Assembly (NCBI GenBank): GCA_900540735.1
Contig: UQHB01000001.1
Coordinates: 6,791-70,790 of the forward strand
DNA: 64,000 nucleotides
Direction: 5' to 3'
DNA from: an uncultured Megasphaera sp.
Lineage (GTDB): Bacteria; Bacillota; Negativicutes; Veillonellales; Megasphaeraceae
Every line of letters begins with the position of its first letter. Within the stretch, counting starts at the first letter, position 1. Made by a program: the position numbers and the translations under genes. Shown here piece after piece: positions 32,572 to 43,569 of the stretch. The notes beneath the pieces were generated by a model that was not told the origin of the DNA, made no database searches, and saw nothing but the letters and a program-made list of their open reading frames with translations.

Positions 32572-33529
32572 AGTATCCGCCACTCTTATCGAGGATGGAG
32601 CAATATTCTTTGACTGCTTCTGGTAAGAGTGTAAAGCCCCGGTCATACCCGGCTTGCATCAGTTTGGTCGTATCTGCCTGCGTATAGCTCTGGTATTTCC
32701 CTTTAAGGATTTCCGGGAACGGTACGTATTCAATATGGCCTTTGCCGCAGTAGTCAATGACACCTTGGACAAATTCGTTGAACGAATGGCCTTCGCCAGT
32801 ACCGCAGTTGTAAATGCCCGATAATTCCTGATGTTCCCAGAAATAGAAAATGACGTTGACTACGTCTTTCACGTAAATGAAGTCCCGGATTTGCCCGCCA
32901 TTTTCGTAGCCTGCTGTCCCTTCAAAGAGCGTAATTTTTCCCGTTTTCTGGAGTTCGTTATATTTCTGGTAGATTAAGGATGCCATTTTGTCTTTGTGGT
33001 TTTCTTGAGGCCCAAAGACATTGAAATAACGGAAGCCAACAATTTGGCTCTTAGCAATCGGGAAAATACGGCGCACAAAACGGTCGAACTGTAATTTCGA
33101 GTACGCATAGGGATTGAGGGCTTGTTCGCAAGACGGGTCTTCACGGAAACCATTTTTACCGCTGCCGTACGTCGAAGCAGACGATGCATAGAGGAACGGA
33201 ATTTTCCGGTCTGTGCAATAACGCAAGAGATTTTTCGAGCCTTCGTAGTTATTTTTCATCATGTAGCGGCCGTCGTAATTCATCGTATCCGAGCAAGCCC
33301 CTTCATGGAAGACTACATCAATATAGCCATAGTCAAAGGAATCATCAGCCATGGCGTCATCAAAGTCTTCATAATCGATGTAATCATAGAAATCAAGGCC
33401 TTGTAAATTGCGGCATTTACGGCCATCTGTTAAATCGTCGACGATAAGAATATCGTTAATGCCTCGTTCATTCAAGGCTTTGACAATGTTACTGCCAATA
33501 AAACCGGCACCACCTGTTACAATTTTCAT
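32564..33529 (-). CDS. hldD: ADP-L-glycero-D-manno-heptose 6-epimerase
   Basis: GGAGFIGSN Rossmann, SDR extended family, 321 aa. Confidence 0.85.
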   Translation of the reverse strand: MKIVTGGAGFIGSNIVKALNERGINDILIVDDLTDGRKCRNLQGLDFYDYIDYEDFDDAMADDSFDYGYIDVVFHEGACSDTMNYDGRYMMKNNYEGSKNLLRYCTDRKIPFLYASSASTYGSGKNGFREDPSCEQALNPYAYSKLQFDRFVRRIFPIAKSQIVGFRYFNVFGPQENHKDKMASLIYQKYNELQKTGKITLFEGTAGYENGGQIRDFIYVKDVVNVIFYFWEHQELSGIYNCGTGEGHSFNEFVQGVIDYCGKGHIEYVPFPEILKGKYQSYTQADTTKLMQAGYDRGFTLLPEAVKEYCSILDKSGGYYE

Positions 33530-35007
33530 AGTTTCCCCTTCTTTACTAATGTTGCAATTTTATCAATAATACCAGTCGTCGAATAGCCTTCTTCAAAAGA
33601 AATGATTTCGACGCGCTTTACAAATTCTTTGCCAATGACTTCGTCGGGCTTGTAGTCGCCGCCTTTGACGAGAATATCCGGCCGCAAGACAGCAAGCAAT
33701 TCTTTCGGCGTATCTTCCGTAAAGATAACGACTTCATCCACACAGCCTAATGCCGAGAGCAAGACAGCTCTATCTTCTTCGTGGACAATAGGTCGCGTTT
33801 CGCCTTTTAAACGCCGTACAGACGCATCGGAATTGAGGCCAATGACGAGATGCTGCCCGAGCATAGCCGCTTGCTGTAAATATAAGACGTGGCCGCGGTG
33901 CAAAATATCGAAGCAGCCGTTCGTAAAGACGACAGTATCACCGTTTTTCTGCCACTGTCTGATTTTTTTTGCCGTATCTTCCCACGTCAGTGGTTTGTAT
34001 GGAGCCCAACGTGCAGGCTGCCATTCACTCCAGACTTTCAATAATTCACTGCGGTGAATGGGATACGTCCCGACTTTAGTGACGACAATACCAGCCGCTT
34101 CGTTGGCAATTTGCAGACTCGTACGGATAGATAATTTTCCGGCAATAGCGGCCAAGAACGACGCAGCTACTGTATCTCCAGCACCGGAAACATCAAAGAC
34201 TTCCCGGGCTACAGCCGGATTATTCCAGACCTTGCCATCGTTGCCGATGACCGTAATTCCCTTTTCGGAGCGCGTCACCATGAGGTGGGCAAAGTCATAC
34301 TGCGTGTGCAAGACCTTGGCTGCTGCCACGACGGCATCGCCTTCGTTCGGAATGGCCCGGCCTACGCAATCGCTTAATTCTTTCATATTAGGTGTCACAA
34401 AGTCAGCACCATTGTACTTCGTCCAGTCACTGCCCTTCGGGTCGACTAAGACCGGTATGCCTGATTCTTTGGCCGCATGAATGACGGCCCGTGCGGCATC
34501 CTCTGTGAGTGCGCCTTTTTTATAATCGGACAAAATAATGCCGTCTAAGCCCTGAGCAATGCATGCTTGGAGCCACGTGACGAGCTGAGCCGTTTCGTCT
34601 TCACGGAGGGGCGTAATTTCTTCAAAATCGAGCCGTACCATTTGTTGGCGCGCACCGAGGACGCGCATTTTCGTCGTCGTCGCATGCCCGTTGCGTACAA
34701 TGAGGCCTGTATGGTCAATATGGGCATCGTCTAATAAGTTACGCAATAACCTGCCGTTATCATCGTCACCAATGAGGCCGGAAATGAAGACATGGCAGTC
34801 TAAATTAGCTAAATTAGCAGCCACATTGGCAGCACCGCCAAGGACAGACGAAATGTGGTTTACCTTATTGACCGGCACCGGTGCTTCCGGCGAAATCCGT
34901 TCGACTTTGCCAAAGACATAGCGGTCGACCATCATATCGCCAATGACGGCAATGCGCAGCTTGGGCAGGACATCATTTAAAAAGTGGTCAATGTAATGAT
35001 CTGTCAT
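33526..35007 (-). CDS. hldE: bifunctional heptose 7-phosphate kinase / heptose 1-phosphate adenylyltransferase
   Basis: 493 aa; N-terminal PfkB-type kinase, C-terminal cytidylyltransferase HxGH (FDILHRGH). Confidence 0.9.
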   Translation of the reverse strand: MTDHYIDHFLNDVLPKLRIAVIGDMMVDRYVFGKVERISPEAPVPVNKVNHISSVLGGAANVAANLANLDCHVFISGLIGDDDNGRLLRNLLDDAHIDHTGLIVRNGHATTTKMRVLGARQQMVRLDFEEITPLREDETAQLVTWLQACIAQGLDGIILSDYKKGALTEDAARAVIHAAKESGIPVLVDPKGSDWTKYNGADFVTPNMKELSDCVGRAIPNEGDAVVAAAKVLHTQYDFAHLMVTRSEKGITVIGNDGKVWNNPAVAREVFDVSGAGDTVAASFLAAIAGKLSIRTSLQIANEAAGIVVTKVGTYPIHRSELLKVWSEWQPARWAPYKPLTWEDTAKKIRQWQKNGDTVVFTNGCFDILHRGHVLYLQQAAMLGQHLVIGLNSDASVRRLKGETRPIVHEEDRAVLLSALGCVDEVVIFTEDTPKELLAVLRPDILVKGGDYKPDEVIGKEFVKRVEIISFEEGYSTTGIIDKIATLVKKGKL

Positions 35008-35014
35008 AGAAAGG

Positions 35015-35494
35015 TTATTCTCCCATCTTTTTCTGTTGTTCCTTATGGCCCATTAGGTACTTTAATTCAGCCATAAAACTGTCTAAATCGGCAAACTGGC
35101 GATAGACGGACGCAAAGCGGATGTACGCCACTTCATCGACATCGCGCAATTCATCTAAGACGAGTTCGCCAATCCGTTCACTCAACACTTCAGGCAATAA
35201 GGTATTACGGATTTTCCGTTCTACATTTTCGACCATGTCATCGAGCTGATGGCGCGTGACCATCCGTTTATTGCACGCTCGGAGCAGGCCGTTTAAGATT
35301 TTATTACGATCAAACAATTCCCGGCTTCCATCGCGCTTGACAACGACAAGAGGCACTTCTTCTACCATTTCGTACGTCGTAAAGCGGCGGCCGCAATGCT
35401 GGCATTCCCGGCGGCGGCGAATGGCTTTGCCGTCGTCTGTGGCCCGCGAATCTGTGACCTTCGTGTCCGGGCTTTTACAAAAGGGACATCTCAT
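35015..35494 (-). CDS. nrdR: transcriptional repressor NrdR
   Basis: MRCPFC...zinc ribbon + ATP-cone, 159 aa. Confidence 0.9.
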   Translation of the reverse strand: MRCPFCKSPDTKVTDSRATDDGKAIRRRRECQHCGRRFTTYEMVEEVPLVVVKRDGSRELFDRNKILNGLLRACNKRMVTRHQLDDMVENVERKIRNTLLPEVLSERIGELVLDELRDVDEVAYIRFASVYRQFADLDSFMAELKYLMGHKEQQKKMGE

Positions 35495-35526
35495 GAACCG
35501 TTCCTCCTCTGGAAGTCTTCGTAAGG

Positions 35527-35560
35527 AATTCCTTTAAAAAAAAGCGGGTCCTTGGGAGGA
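35527..35560 (-). terminator. ftsZ terminator
   Basis: agcgggucc uugggag ggauccgcu + uuuuuuuu. Confidence 0.6.
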
Positions 35561-35579
35561 TCCGCTTTATATGTGTTAC

Positions 35580-36617
35580 TTATCTCATCCAAGTCGGGAT
35601 TTCTACACCGCTTGTATCTTTCGTATCCGTAGCTGCTTTCGTGCTGCCGCTCTGGCCAAAGGCCGGGATCGAAGACGGTTCTTTGCCAAAACCTGTAGCC
35701 ACAACAGTAATGCGGATAGAATCTTCCATATCCGGGTCAATAACAGAACCGAAGATGATGTTTGCATCAGGGTCAACAGCTTCTGCTACTTTTTCAGCAG
35801 CTTCGTTGATTTCGTACAAGCTAATATCCGGGCCGCCTGTTACGTTGAGCAAAATGCTCTGTGCGCCGTCAATGCTCGTTTCGAGGAGCGGGCTGTGGAT
35901 AGCCTGTTCCACAGCGTCTGTAGCGCGGCTTTCGCCGGAACCTGTACCGATGCCCATGATAGCTTCGCCTTGGTCAGACATGATCGTTTTAACGTCTGCA
36001 AAATCAAGGTTGATTAAGCCAGTCGTCGTAATCAAGTCGGAAATGCCTTGTACGCCCTGACGGAGTACGTCATCGGCAACGACGAATGCATCTTTGAGCG
36101 GTGTCTTTTTGTCGATGATTTGGAGCAATTTATCGTTCGGAATCGTAATGATTGTATCGACTTTTTCTTTTAAGTATGCTGCACCTTTTTCAGCCTGTTC
36201 TTTACGGCGTTTGCCTTCAAAAGCAAAGGGTTTCGTCACAACAGCAACAGTCAATGCGCCGAGTTCTTTCGCACATTCTGCAACGACCGGAGCCGCACCT
36301 GTACCTGTACCGCCGCCCATACCGGCTGTAACGAAGACCATGTCTGCGCCTTGGAGAGCTTTAATGATTTCTTCTTTGCTTTCAAGAGCTGCTTGTTCCC
36401 CAATGGAAGGGTTCGCACCAGCACCGAGGCCGCGTGTCAATTTTTCGCCAATCTGAATTTTAGCGTCTGCTTTGGAAACTTCTAATACTTGGTCTTCTGT
36501 ATTGATGGAAATAAACTGTACCCCTTGGAGACCGCTTTCTATCATACGGTTGACAGCATTGTTACCGCCACCACCGACACCAATTACTTTTATATTCGCA
36601 TTTTCTGCCATATCCAT
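35580..36617 (-). CDS. ftsZ: cell-division GTPase FtsZ (short linker, 345 aa)
   Basis: [13 protein letters not shown] tubulin signature; C-terminal ...EIPTWMR. Confidence 0.95.
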   Translation of the reverse strand: MDMAENANIKVIGVGGGGNNAVNRMIESGLQGVQFISINTEDQVLEVSKADAKIQIGEKLTRGLGAGANPSIGEQAALESKEEIIKALQGADMVFVTAGMGGGTGTGAAPVVAECAKELGALTVAVVTKPFAFEGKRRKEQAEKGAAYLKEKVDTIITIPNDKLLQIIDKKTPLKDAFVVADDVLRQGVQGISDLITTTGLINLDFADVKTIMSDQGEAIMGIGTGSGESRATDAVEQAIHSPLLETSIDGAQSILLNVTGGPDISLYEINEAAEKVAEAVDPDANIIFGSVIDPDMEDSIRITVVATGFGKEPSSIPAFGQSGSTKAATDTKDTSGVEIPTWMR

Positions 36618-36758
36618 GTTCCTCCTTAGAAATCGTTAACACTTGTGTGCACATAGGATTCTATCTTATTTTACACTATCTTCTAAAAATTATCCACTCA
36701 TTTTTGAAAATCTTTACAGCCACGACAAAGAGGCTGCCACACGGCAACCTATATTTGT

Positions 36759-37667
36759 CTATTTTTCTTTTACCAGCGGTGCCCGCACATTTGTATCAAT
36801 ATACTGCACGTCGAGCTGACGGTCTTTGATCTGAGCTAATAATTCAGCCGTAATCGCTGCCCGTTCTGCTGCATCATCGCCTGCACCTAAATGAATCGGC
36901 AAAGAATCGGTCGTATAAGCAATGAGGTTATCCTTGTTGCCTACATTAATTTCTGCAATTAGCGGTGCCACATCCGGCGATAACTGCTGTAAATATTTAA
37001 GCGATGCATGAATAGCCAGGTCATTGAGCTGTTCCCCTAAGAGCAGCGTATCGACGCGCTTGCCCGTTAAAATCGGCACAGACACGCCTTTGATTTGCGG
37101 CTGTATATCCATGACTTTGCCCGTATTATCGACATAGGCAAAACCGTACATCGTCGCAATAACGACAGCAGGCTTCCGTTCGACAATGCGAATGTGAATG
37201 GTTGCCGGGAACTGCCGCGTCACGGTGACACTGGCAACGCGCAAATCTTCAGATAAGCGGTGCTGTATTTCATCTGGCGATAGCTGGACGACATTGACGT
37301 AACTATAAACGCCGCTCGAATGGTACACGTCGTCAGCCGTCATATTTTCTGTCCCATCGACAACGAGATTGCCAAAGGAAATCGGTGCCAGCCGCAAGAC
37401 CAGCCACGCTGCAAAGACAGCCAAGACGACGAAAATAGCACCTAAGCGGCGACGGCGACGACGCAGTTGTTGCTGTCGTTTGGGATTGATACGCCGCCGT
37501 TTATGCCGCACGACGCGGCGCGGTGTGCTTGGCTCTTCTGCCTGTTCTTGCGGTATATCTCCTTGAGGCGGAAAAGTGTCGCCTAAGGGGTCGTGTTCCA
37601 AATGGGGCGGCACGAATACGTCCCGTGCGCCATGGCTTTCCCACTGGTTTATATGGTCTCTCTTCAT
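36759..37667 (-). CDS. ftsQ: cell-division protein FtsQ/DivIB
   Basis: Basic N-terminal tail, single TM, POTRA + FtsQ domain. Confidence 0.8.
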   Translation of the reverse strand: MKRDHINQWESHGARDVFVPPHLEHDPLGDTFPPQGDIPQEQAEEPSTPRRVVRHKRRRINPKRQQQLRRRRRRLGAIFVVLAVFAAWLVLRLAPISFGNLVVDGTENMTADDVYHSSGVYSYVNVVQLSPDEIQHRLSEDLRVASVTVTRQFPATIHIRIVERKPAVVIATMYGFAYVDNTGKVMDIQPQIKGVSVPILTGKRVDTLLLGEQLNDLAIHASLKYLQQLSPDVAPLIAEINVGNKDNLIAYTTDSLPIHLGAGDDAAERAAITAELLAQIKDRQLDVQYIDTNVRAPLVKEK

Positions 37668-37685
37668 GGCTCGTCCCCTATACGC

Positions 37686-38624
37686 TTAAAATTTACCAAT
37701 CGAAGCTTCGAGCAAGATTTTTTCACATAAGTCTTCAAAGGATACACCCATTGCCCGCGCTGCATCCGGCACGAGGCTTGTAGCGGTCATGCCCGGAACG
37801 GTGTTGATTTCAAGGACGAAAGGATTGCCTGCTTTATCGGTCATTAAGTCGACGCGAGCTACGCCGTTGCAGTGGCATAAATGGAAGACTTTCATGGACA
37901 AATCCTGCATTTTTTCTGTTAATTCTTTTGAAATCGGAGCAGGGCATAAATGTTTCGATACGCCTGGTGTGTATTTAGAATAGTAATCGTATTTACCAGT
38001 ACTGGAAACGATTTGGATTACTGGGAAGGCTACATCGTCCATGACGGCAACGGTAAATTCATCACCGTCAATGAACGCTTCGGCAATAATGGATTTGCCA
38101 TATTTAAAAGCTTCTTCCAAGGCCTGACGGATTTCTTCAGGCGATGTGACGATGACCGTACCAATACTGGAGCCTTGGCCTGCTGACTTGATGACGACAG
38201 GTAAAGAGAAACGGCCTAAAATGTCTTTCATAATCGTATCGAGCCCTTGGGAGGCAAAGTAGTAGGCAAAAGGAGCCGTTGCAATGCCTGCCCCTTGGAA
38301 GGCGCATTTACTCATGACTTTGTTCATGCCTACAGCACTGGCCATAACGCCCGGGCCTGTATAGGGAATGCCCATCATTTCGCATAACCCCTGGATGACA
38401 CCGTCTTCGCCATAACGGCCATGGAGCGCATTAAAGACGACATCAATATGCTGTTCTTGTAATTCTTTAGCTAACTCTTGCGGTACTAATTCAATCGTTA
38501 CGGTCTGGTAGCCTTTTTTCTGTAAGGCTTCTGCAATGGCTGCACCAGTACGGCGCGATACTTCTGCTTCTGTAGACGGGCCGCCGACGACGACAGCGAT
38601 TTTTTTATCTTTCATGTCTTCCAT
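37686..38624 (-). CDS. ddl: D-alanine--D-alanine ligase
   Basis: 312 aa ATP-grasp. Confidence 0.9.
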   Translation of the reverse strand: MEDMKDKKIAVVVGGPSTEAEVSRRTGAAIAEALQKKGYQTVTIELVPQELAKELQEQHIDVVFNALHGRYGEDGVIQGLCEMMGIPYTGPGVMASAVGMNKVMSKCAFQGAGIATAPFAYYFASQGLDTIMKDILGRFSLPVVIKSAGQGSSIGTVIVTSPEEIRQALEEAFKYGKSIIAEAFIDGDEFTVAVMDDVAFPVIQIVSSTGKYDYYSKYTPGVSKHLCPAPISKELTEKMQDLSMKVFHLCHCNGVARVDLMTDKAGNPFVLEINTVPGMTATSLVPDAARAMGVSFEDLCEKILLEASIGKF

Positions 38625-38625
38625 C

Positions 38626-40029
38626 TTAGTCTTCCCTTTCCTTTGCCTGTGCTAAATATGCTTCACCAACGCGATAAATATCACCAGCCCCCATGGTAAT
38701 GACTAAATCAAAGGGACGAGTAGTCTTTTCTAAATAAGGCACTAAATCTTCCATTTTTTCGATGTATGTTACGTCTTGGCCTGTTGTTTCCTTTACCTTG
38801 TCAGCAATAAGCTTGCCGTTAATGCCGGGAATCGGGTCTTCACCGGCACTATAGACATCAGTAATGATGAGTTTATCTGCTTGTTTAAAAGCACTGCCGT
38901 ATGAATCAAGGAGCAGCTTCGTCCGCGTATAGCGGTGCGGCTGGAAAATGCAGACCACGCGGTGCGTCCCCATATCCCGAGCTGCTGTCAAGGTAGCGTT
39001 TATTTCCGTCGGATGATGGGCATAATCATCGACGACCCAAACGTCGTTGACGAAGCCCTTCGTCTGGAAACGCCGTTTGGCACCGTGGAAATGGCTCATA
39101 GCCGTGACAATCGTGTCAAATGGAATACCGCAAGTCAAAGCAACAACTGTCGTTGCTAAGGCGTTGAGTGCATTGTGACGACCCGGTACGTTGAGAACCA
39201 TTTCCCCTAGTTCTTCACCATGATGGCAGACCGTAAAATGCAGTTTCCCTTGGACATAGTGCAAATTCTGGGCCACATAGTCGGCTCCTTCGTAATTGAC
39301 CCCATAAGAAACGTATTTCCGACCAACCTCAGGTGCTAAGTTACGAATCCGTTCGTTATCAAAGCAAAGGACAGCTAAGCCCTTTTCAGGGTCGAGCTTT
39401 TGAATAAATTCTTTAAATGCTTCAATGACGTTTGCTAAGGAACCGTAATGGTCCATGTGGTCTGCATCGACGTTAGTGACCACAGCAATATAAGGATGCT
39501 GCTTGAGGAAGGTGCCATCGCTTTCATCAGCTTCAGCAATGACATATTCCCCTTTCCCTAAAATCGAATTGCTGTGGAGATAATCGACTTCGCCGCCAAT
39601 GACTAAGGTCGGGTCTAATTTCGCTTCTTCAAAGACTTGGCCCAGCATGGACGATGTCGTCGTTTTACCGTGCGCACCGGCTACGGAAATCCCTTTGCCC
39701 CAGCTCATGATATGGACGAGCACGTCCGAGCGATGGATGACGGGAATGCCCCGTTCCTTTGCCGCGACGACTTCCGGGTTTGTCGGCCGAATGGCACTCG
39801 ACACGACGACGACTTCTGCGTCTTGCAAATTTTCTGCTTTCTGGCCAATACAGATGCGTGCCCCTTGGGCTGCAAAGTGGTCCGTCACAGCAGACCGTTT
39901 AATATCAGACCCAGAAACGGCATAGCCTTTTTCTATGAAAATGTTGGCAATAGCCCGCATACCTGCGCCGGCAATGCCTACAAAATGTACGTGTTTAACA
40001 GTATCTAAATTAATCACCAATGTACACAC
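38626..40029 (-). CDS. murC: UDP-N-acetylmuramate--L-alanine ligase
   Basis: 467 aa Mur ligase, GTHGKTTT. Confidence 0.9.
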   Translation of the reverse strand: MCTLVINLDTVKHVHFVGIAGAGMRAIANIFIEKGYAVSGSDIKRSAVTDHFAAQGARICIGQKAENLQDAEVVVVSSAIRPTNPEVVAAKERGIPVIHRSDVLVHIMSWGKGISVAGAHGKTTTSSMLGQVFEEAKLDPTLVIGGEVDYLHSNSILGKGEYVIAEADESDGTFLKQHPYIAVVTNVDADHMDHYGSLANVIEAFKEFIQKLDPEKGLAVLCFDNERIRNLAPEVGRKYVSYGVNYEGADYVAQNLHYVQGKLHFTVCHHGEELGEMVLNVPGRHNALNALATTVVALTCGIPFDTIVTAMSHFHGAKRRFQTKGFVNDVWVVDDYAHHPTEINATLTAARDMGTHRVVCIFQPHRYTRTKLLLDSYGSAFKQADKLIITDVYSAGEDPIPGINGKLIADKVKETTGQDVTYIEKMEDLVPYLEKTTRPFDLVITMGAGDIYRVGEAYLAQAKERED

Positions 40030-40050
40030 CCTTCTGCGTGTCTATGACTA

Positions 40051-41163
40051 TTATTGTTTGGCAATCGATAAGGCTAATTTAGCAATATCCATTGCTGCTT
40101 CAGGCTTACCTAAGGCCCGGCTCGCTTCGGCCATAGACTGGAGCACAGCCGGTTCATTTTTCAAATGAATGATCTCATCGAGTAAATCTTTCCCTGTGAG
40201 CATTTTGTCGAGAATCATCTTCGCTGCACCGCACATGACGAGAGCCTGTGCGTTATACCGCTGATGGTCTTCAGCTGCATAGGGATAAGGAATCAAAATG
40301 GACGGTACGCCGCGAACGGTCAGTTCCGCAAGACCGACTGCACCAGCCCGATAGACGGCCAAATCAGCTGCAGCCAAGGCTTCAGGCATGGTGTGAAGGT
40401 AAGGAATAATCCGGCTCCCTTCACCATAGCGGCCTTTGCCGTCAATGCCGTCTAATTGTTTTACGACGCGGTCGTATTCATGATCCCCTGTTATATGGAG
40501 AATCTGAATCGAATCGTCGTGTTTGAAATATTTATGGACATCAATCATGGCCGTATTGATGCTCCGTGCGCCGCGGCTGCCGCCAGCGACGAGGAGGGTA
40601 AACTTATTCGGGTCTAAGTCGAGGAGCTTGCGCCCTTCTTCTTTCGATACGGTTAAGACATCTTTACGGACCGGATTGCCTGTATACACGAGAATATCAT
40701 GCCGTTTAAAGCGGCCTGCTGCTTCGCGGTAGCCTAAGGCAATTTTATTGACAAAACGGCTTAAAATCTGATTCGTTACGCCAGGAATGACATTTTGTTC
40801 CTGAATCAGCGTAGGAATCCCGGAAAGACTGGCCGCTAAGAGCACAGGGCCGCAAACGAAACCGCCTGTACCGATGACCACATCCGGTTTAAATTTCCGA
40901 ATAATCATTTCGGCTTTGACAAGACTGCCTGCGGTCTTGGCTAAGGTGACGAAATTCCGTACAGACAGTTTTCGTTCTAGTCCCCGTACATCTAAGGTCA
41001 CAAAAGGCAGTCCTTCTTTGGGGATTAACGTATTTTCCAGGCCGATTTTTGAGCCTACATAAAGGAATTCAGTCGGTTCTAGTTCGGCAATGGCCCGGGC
41101 AATGGTAATGGCCGGATAAATATGGCCGCCTGTGCCGCCGCCGGAAATAATGACTCGACGCAT
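40051..41163 (-). CDS. murG: UDP-GlcNAc:lipid I N-acetylglucosaminyltransferase MurG
   Basis: GGTGGHIYPA motif; start at MRRVIISGG. Confidence 0.9.
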   Translation of the reverse strand: MRRVIISGGGTGGHIYPAITIARAIAELEPTEFLYVGSKIGLENTLIPKEGLPFVTLDVRGLERKLSVRNFVTLAKTAGSLVKAEMIIRKFKPDVVIGTGGFVCGPVLLAASLSGIPTLIQEQNVIPGVTNQILSRFVNKIALGYREAAGRFKRHDILVYTGNPVRKDVLTVSKEEGRKLLDLDPNKFTLLVAGGSRGARSINTAMIDVHKYFKHDDSIQILHITGDHEYDRVVKQLDGIDGKGRYGEGSRIIPYLHTMPEALAAADLAVYRAGAVGLAELTVRGVPSILIPYPYAAEDHQRYNAQALVMCGAAKMILDKMLTGKDLLDEIIHLKNEPAVLQSMAEASRALGKPEAAMDIAKLALSIAKQ

Positions 41164-41192
41164 GTGTTCCTGCCTCCTCACAAGATTACAAT

Positions 41193-42566
41193 CTATATGG
41201 CATTGACAATGCCTTTGAACACACGTCCCCGTTGTTCATAATTATCATACATATCAAAACTAGAGCAAGCCGGTGATAAGACGACGACTTGCGGTTCTTT
41301 AGCAATACTACGGGCTAAGAAAATAGCTCGTTCCATGCTGTAGCCAACTTTGCGGATATCTGTCAGGCCTTCTTTCTTAGCCGCTTCTTCAAAGCGGTCT
41401 GCAGCATCGCCTAAGAGAATGAGCGTATCTACTTTTTCTTTGGCTAAAGCCATAAATTCATCGAGAGGCGTCTTTTTATCATAGCCGCCGGCAATGAGGA
41501 TGACATGGCCTTTAAACGCTTCTAAGGCCTTAATAGACGCATCGACGTTTGTGCCTTTCGAGTCGTTGTAATAGGTTACACCATGGATGGTGCGGACTTT
41601 TTCTAAGCGATGTTCGACCCCTTTAAAGGATTTTAGCGTGGCCCGAATGACGTCCAGAGACGCACCGGCCACATAAGCCATGAGGGATGCAGCCAAGCAA
41701 TTTTGAATATTGTGCTTGCCAAAGAGATGCATATCCGATTCGTGGCAAATGACCGTATCCACACCATCCATGCGCAAGACAAGTTCTCCATCGTTATAGA
41801 ACGCACCGACAGGTACTTCGCCGTGCGTTGAGAAATAGACGACAATGCCGGTCATGTCATCAGCCATGGCACGGACTCGTTCATCATCGTAATTGAGGAC
41901 GGCAAAGTCGCTTTTGTCTTGATTGCGGAAAATGCGTTCTTTCGCAGCAGCGTACGCTTCCATCGTGTGATGGCGGTCTAAATGGTCTGGTGTAATATTT
42001 AAAATCGTCGCCGCTTTCGCTTTCATGGTGTTCGTAAATTCGAGCTGGAAACTCGACAATTCTGCAACGACTACATCGCCTGCTGGCAAATCTTCTGCTT
42101 GCAGTGCCAAACCATAGCCAATATTACCGCCGACGACAGTATGACGGCCTGTAGCATTCATAATTTCTCCTAAAAGGGTCGTCGTCGTCGTTTTACCATT
42201 CGTCCCGGTGACGCCTAAGATATCCGCATCGGTCACACGACTGGCCACTTCGACTTCGCTCCAAATAGGCAGACCTAAGCGAATGGCTTCTTTCATAATA
42301 GGAATTTCCGGGGAAATAACCGGCGACGGTACAACCACATCTACCCCTTGTAAGAGAGCAGTATCTTGCTTGCCAAAGAGAAGCTGTACGCCTGCAGCGG
42401 CCAGTTCCGGCCACGGTGCCACTGTCGTATCGATGGCTTTCATGTCATTTAAGATGACACTGCCACCATGTTTCACTAAGGCCAGTGACGCAGAACGTCC
42501 GCTAATACCGGCACCAATAACTAAGAAATGTGTTCCCGAAAAATCCTGTATGCTCATGACCAACAC
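41193..42566 (-). CDS. murD: UDP-MurNAc-L-Ala--D-Glu ligase
   Basis: 457 aa, GTNGKTTTT. Confidence 0.9.
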   Translation of the reverse strand: MLVMSIQDFSGTHFLVIGAGISGRSASLALVKHGGSVILNDMKAIDTTVAPWPELAAAGVQLLFGKQDTALLQGVDVVVPSPVISPEIPIMKEAIRLGLPIWSEVEVASRVTDADILGVTGTNGKTTTTTLLGEIMNATGRHTVVGGNIGYGLALQAEDLPAGDVVVAELSSFQLEFTNTMKAKAATILNITPDHLDRHHTMEAYAAAKERIFRNQDKSDFAVLNYDDERVRAMADDMTGIVVYFSTHGEVPVGAFYNDGELVLRMDGVDTVICHESDMHLFGKHNIQNCLAASLMAYVAGASLDVIRATLKSFKGVEHRLEKVRTIHGVTYYNDSKGTNVDASIKALEAFKGHVILIAGGYDKKTPLDEFMALAKEKVDTLILLGDAADRFEEAAKKEGLTDIRKVGYSMERAIFLARSIAKEPQVVVLSPACSSFDMYDNYEQRGRVFKGIVNAI

Positions 42567-42597
42567 CTGCTTTTATATAAATGAAAGAATTGACAAT

Positions 42598-43569
42598 TTA
42601 TTTCGTCCACAAGACGAGGATAATAGCCAGAATGGCCATGACTGCGGAAAAGCTCCAGAAGACAGTCACGACTTTTACTTCACTCCAGCCAGATAATTCA
42701 AAATGATGATGAATGGGGCTCATCTTAAAGACCCGGACACCTCTCGTTTTAAAGGAAACGACTTGAATAATAACAGACAAGGCTTCTACAACATAGAGGG
42801 CACCGGCAATGATGAGCAGTAATTCTGTCTTTGTCAAAATGGCCATAGCCGCGAGGGCACCGCCTAAAGCAAGCGACCCTGTATCGCCCATGAACATCTT
42901 CGCCGGATGCTGGTTATAGAATAAAAAGCCTAAGCACGCACCAGTCAAAGCGGCACTAAAGACGGCGAAATTGACATAGCCCAGAGCGACGGCAATGACC
43001 ACATAAGCTACGGACGTAATGGCACAAGACCCGGCAGCAAGGCCGTCGAGGCCGTCTGTTAAGTTGACGGCGTTGCTCGTACCGACAATTATGACAAAGA
43101 CAAAGAGATAATAGAAATAGCCTAAATCAATATTCAGCGACGTAAAGGGAATCCATAACGTCGTTGGGAACTGCAAAAATCTATCGAGGATAAAGCAAAA
43201 TACAGCAGCCATAACAAACTGACCGGCTAACTTTTGTTTCGCTGTAAGCCCTAAGTTACGATGTTTAATCGCTTTGATGCTATCGTCTAAGAAGCCAATA
43301 ACACCATGACCTAATGTCAAGAACAAGGCCAACCCTTTCCGCAATTCGCCCGGATTAAAGACGAGGCACGACACAACGAGAGCCGTCAAAATGAGGATGC
43401 CCCCCATAGTCGGCGTACCGGCTTTATATTTATGGCTCTGCGGCCCTTCTTCTCGTTCTGATTGGCGAGCGTGAAATTTCTTTAACTGTTTGATGACAAA
43501 AGGCCCTAAGACCAGGGCAATAATTAAGCTGACAAGAAAGCCAAAAATCAGCGTGTTCAACATGTACAT
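42598..43569 (-). CDS. mraY: phospho-MurNAc-pentapeptide translocase
   Basis: 323 aa polytopic, DGLDGLA motif. Confidence 0.95.
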   Translation of the reverse strand: MYMLNTLIFGFLVSLIIALVLGPFVIKQLKKFHARQSEREEGPQSHKYKAGTPTMGGILILTALVVSCLVFNPGELRKGLALFLTLGHGVIGFLDDSIKAIKHRNLGLTAKQKLAGQFVMAAVFCFILDRFLQFPTTLWIPFTSLNIDLGYFYYLFVFVIIVGTSNAVNLTDGLDGLAAGSCAITSVAYVVIAVALGYVNFAVFSAALTGACLGFLFYNQHPAKMFMGDTGSLALGGALAAMAILTKTELLLIIAGALYVVEALSVIIQVVSFKTRGVRVFKMSPIHHHFELSGWSEVKVVTVFWSFSAVMAILAIILVLWTK

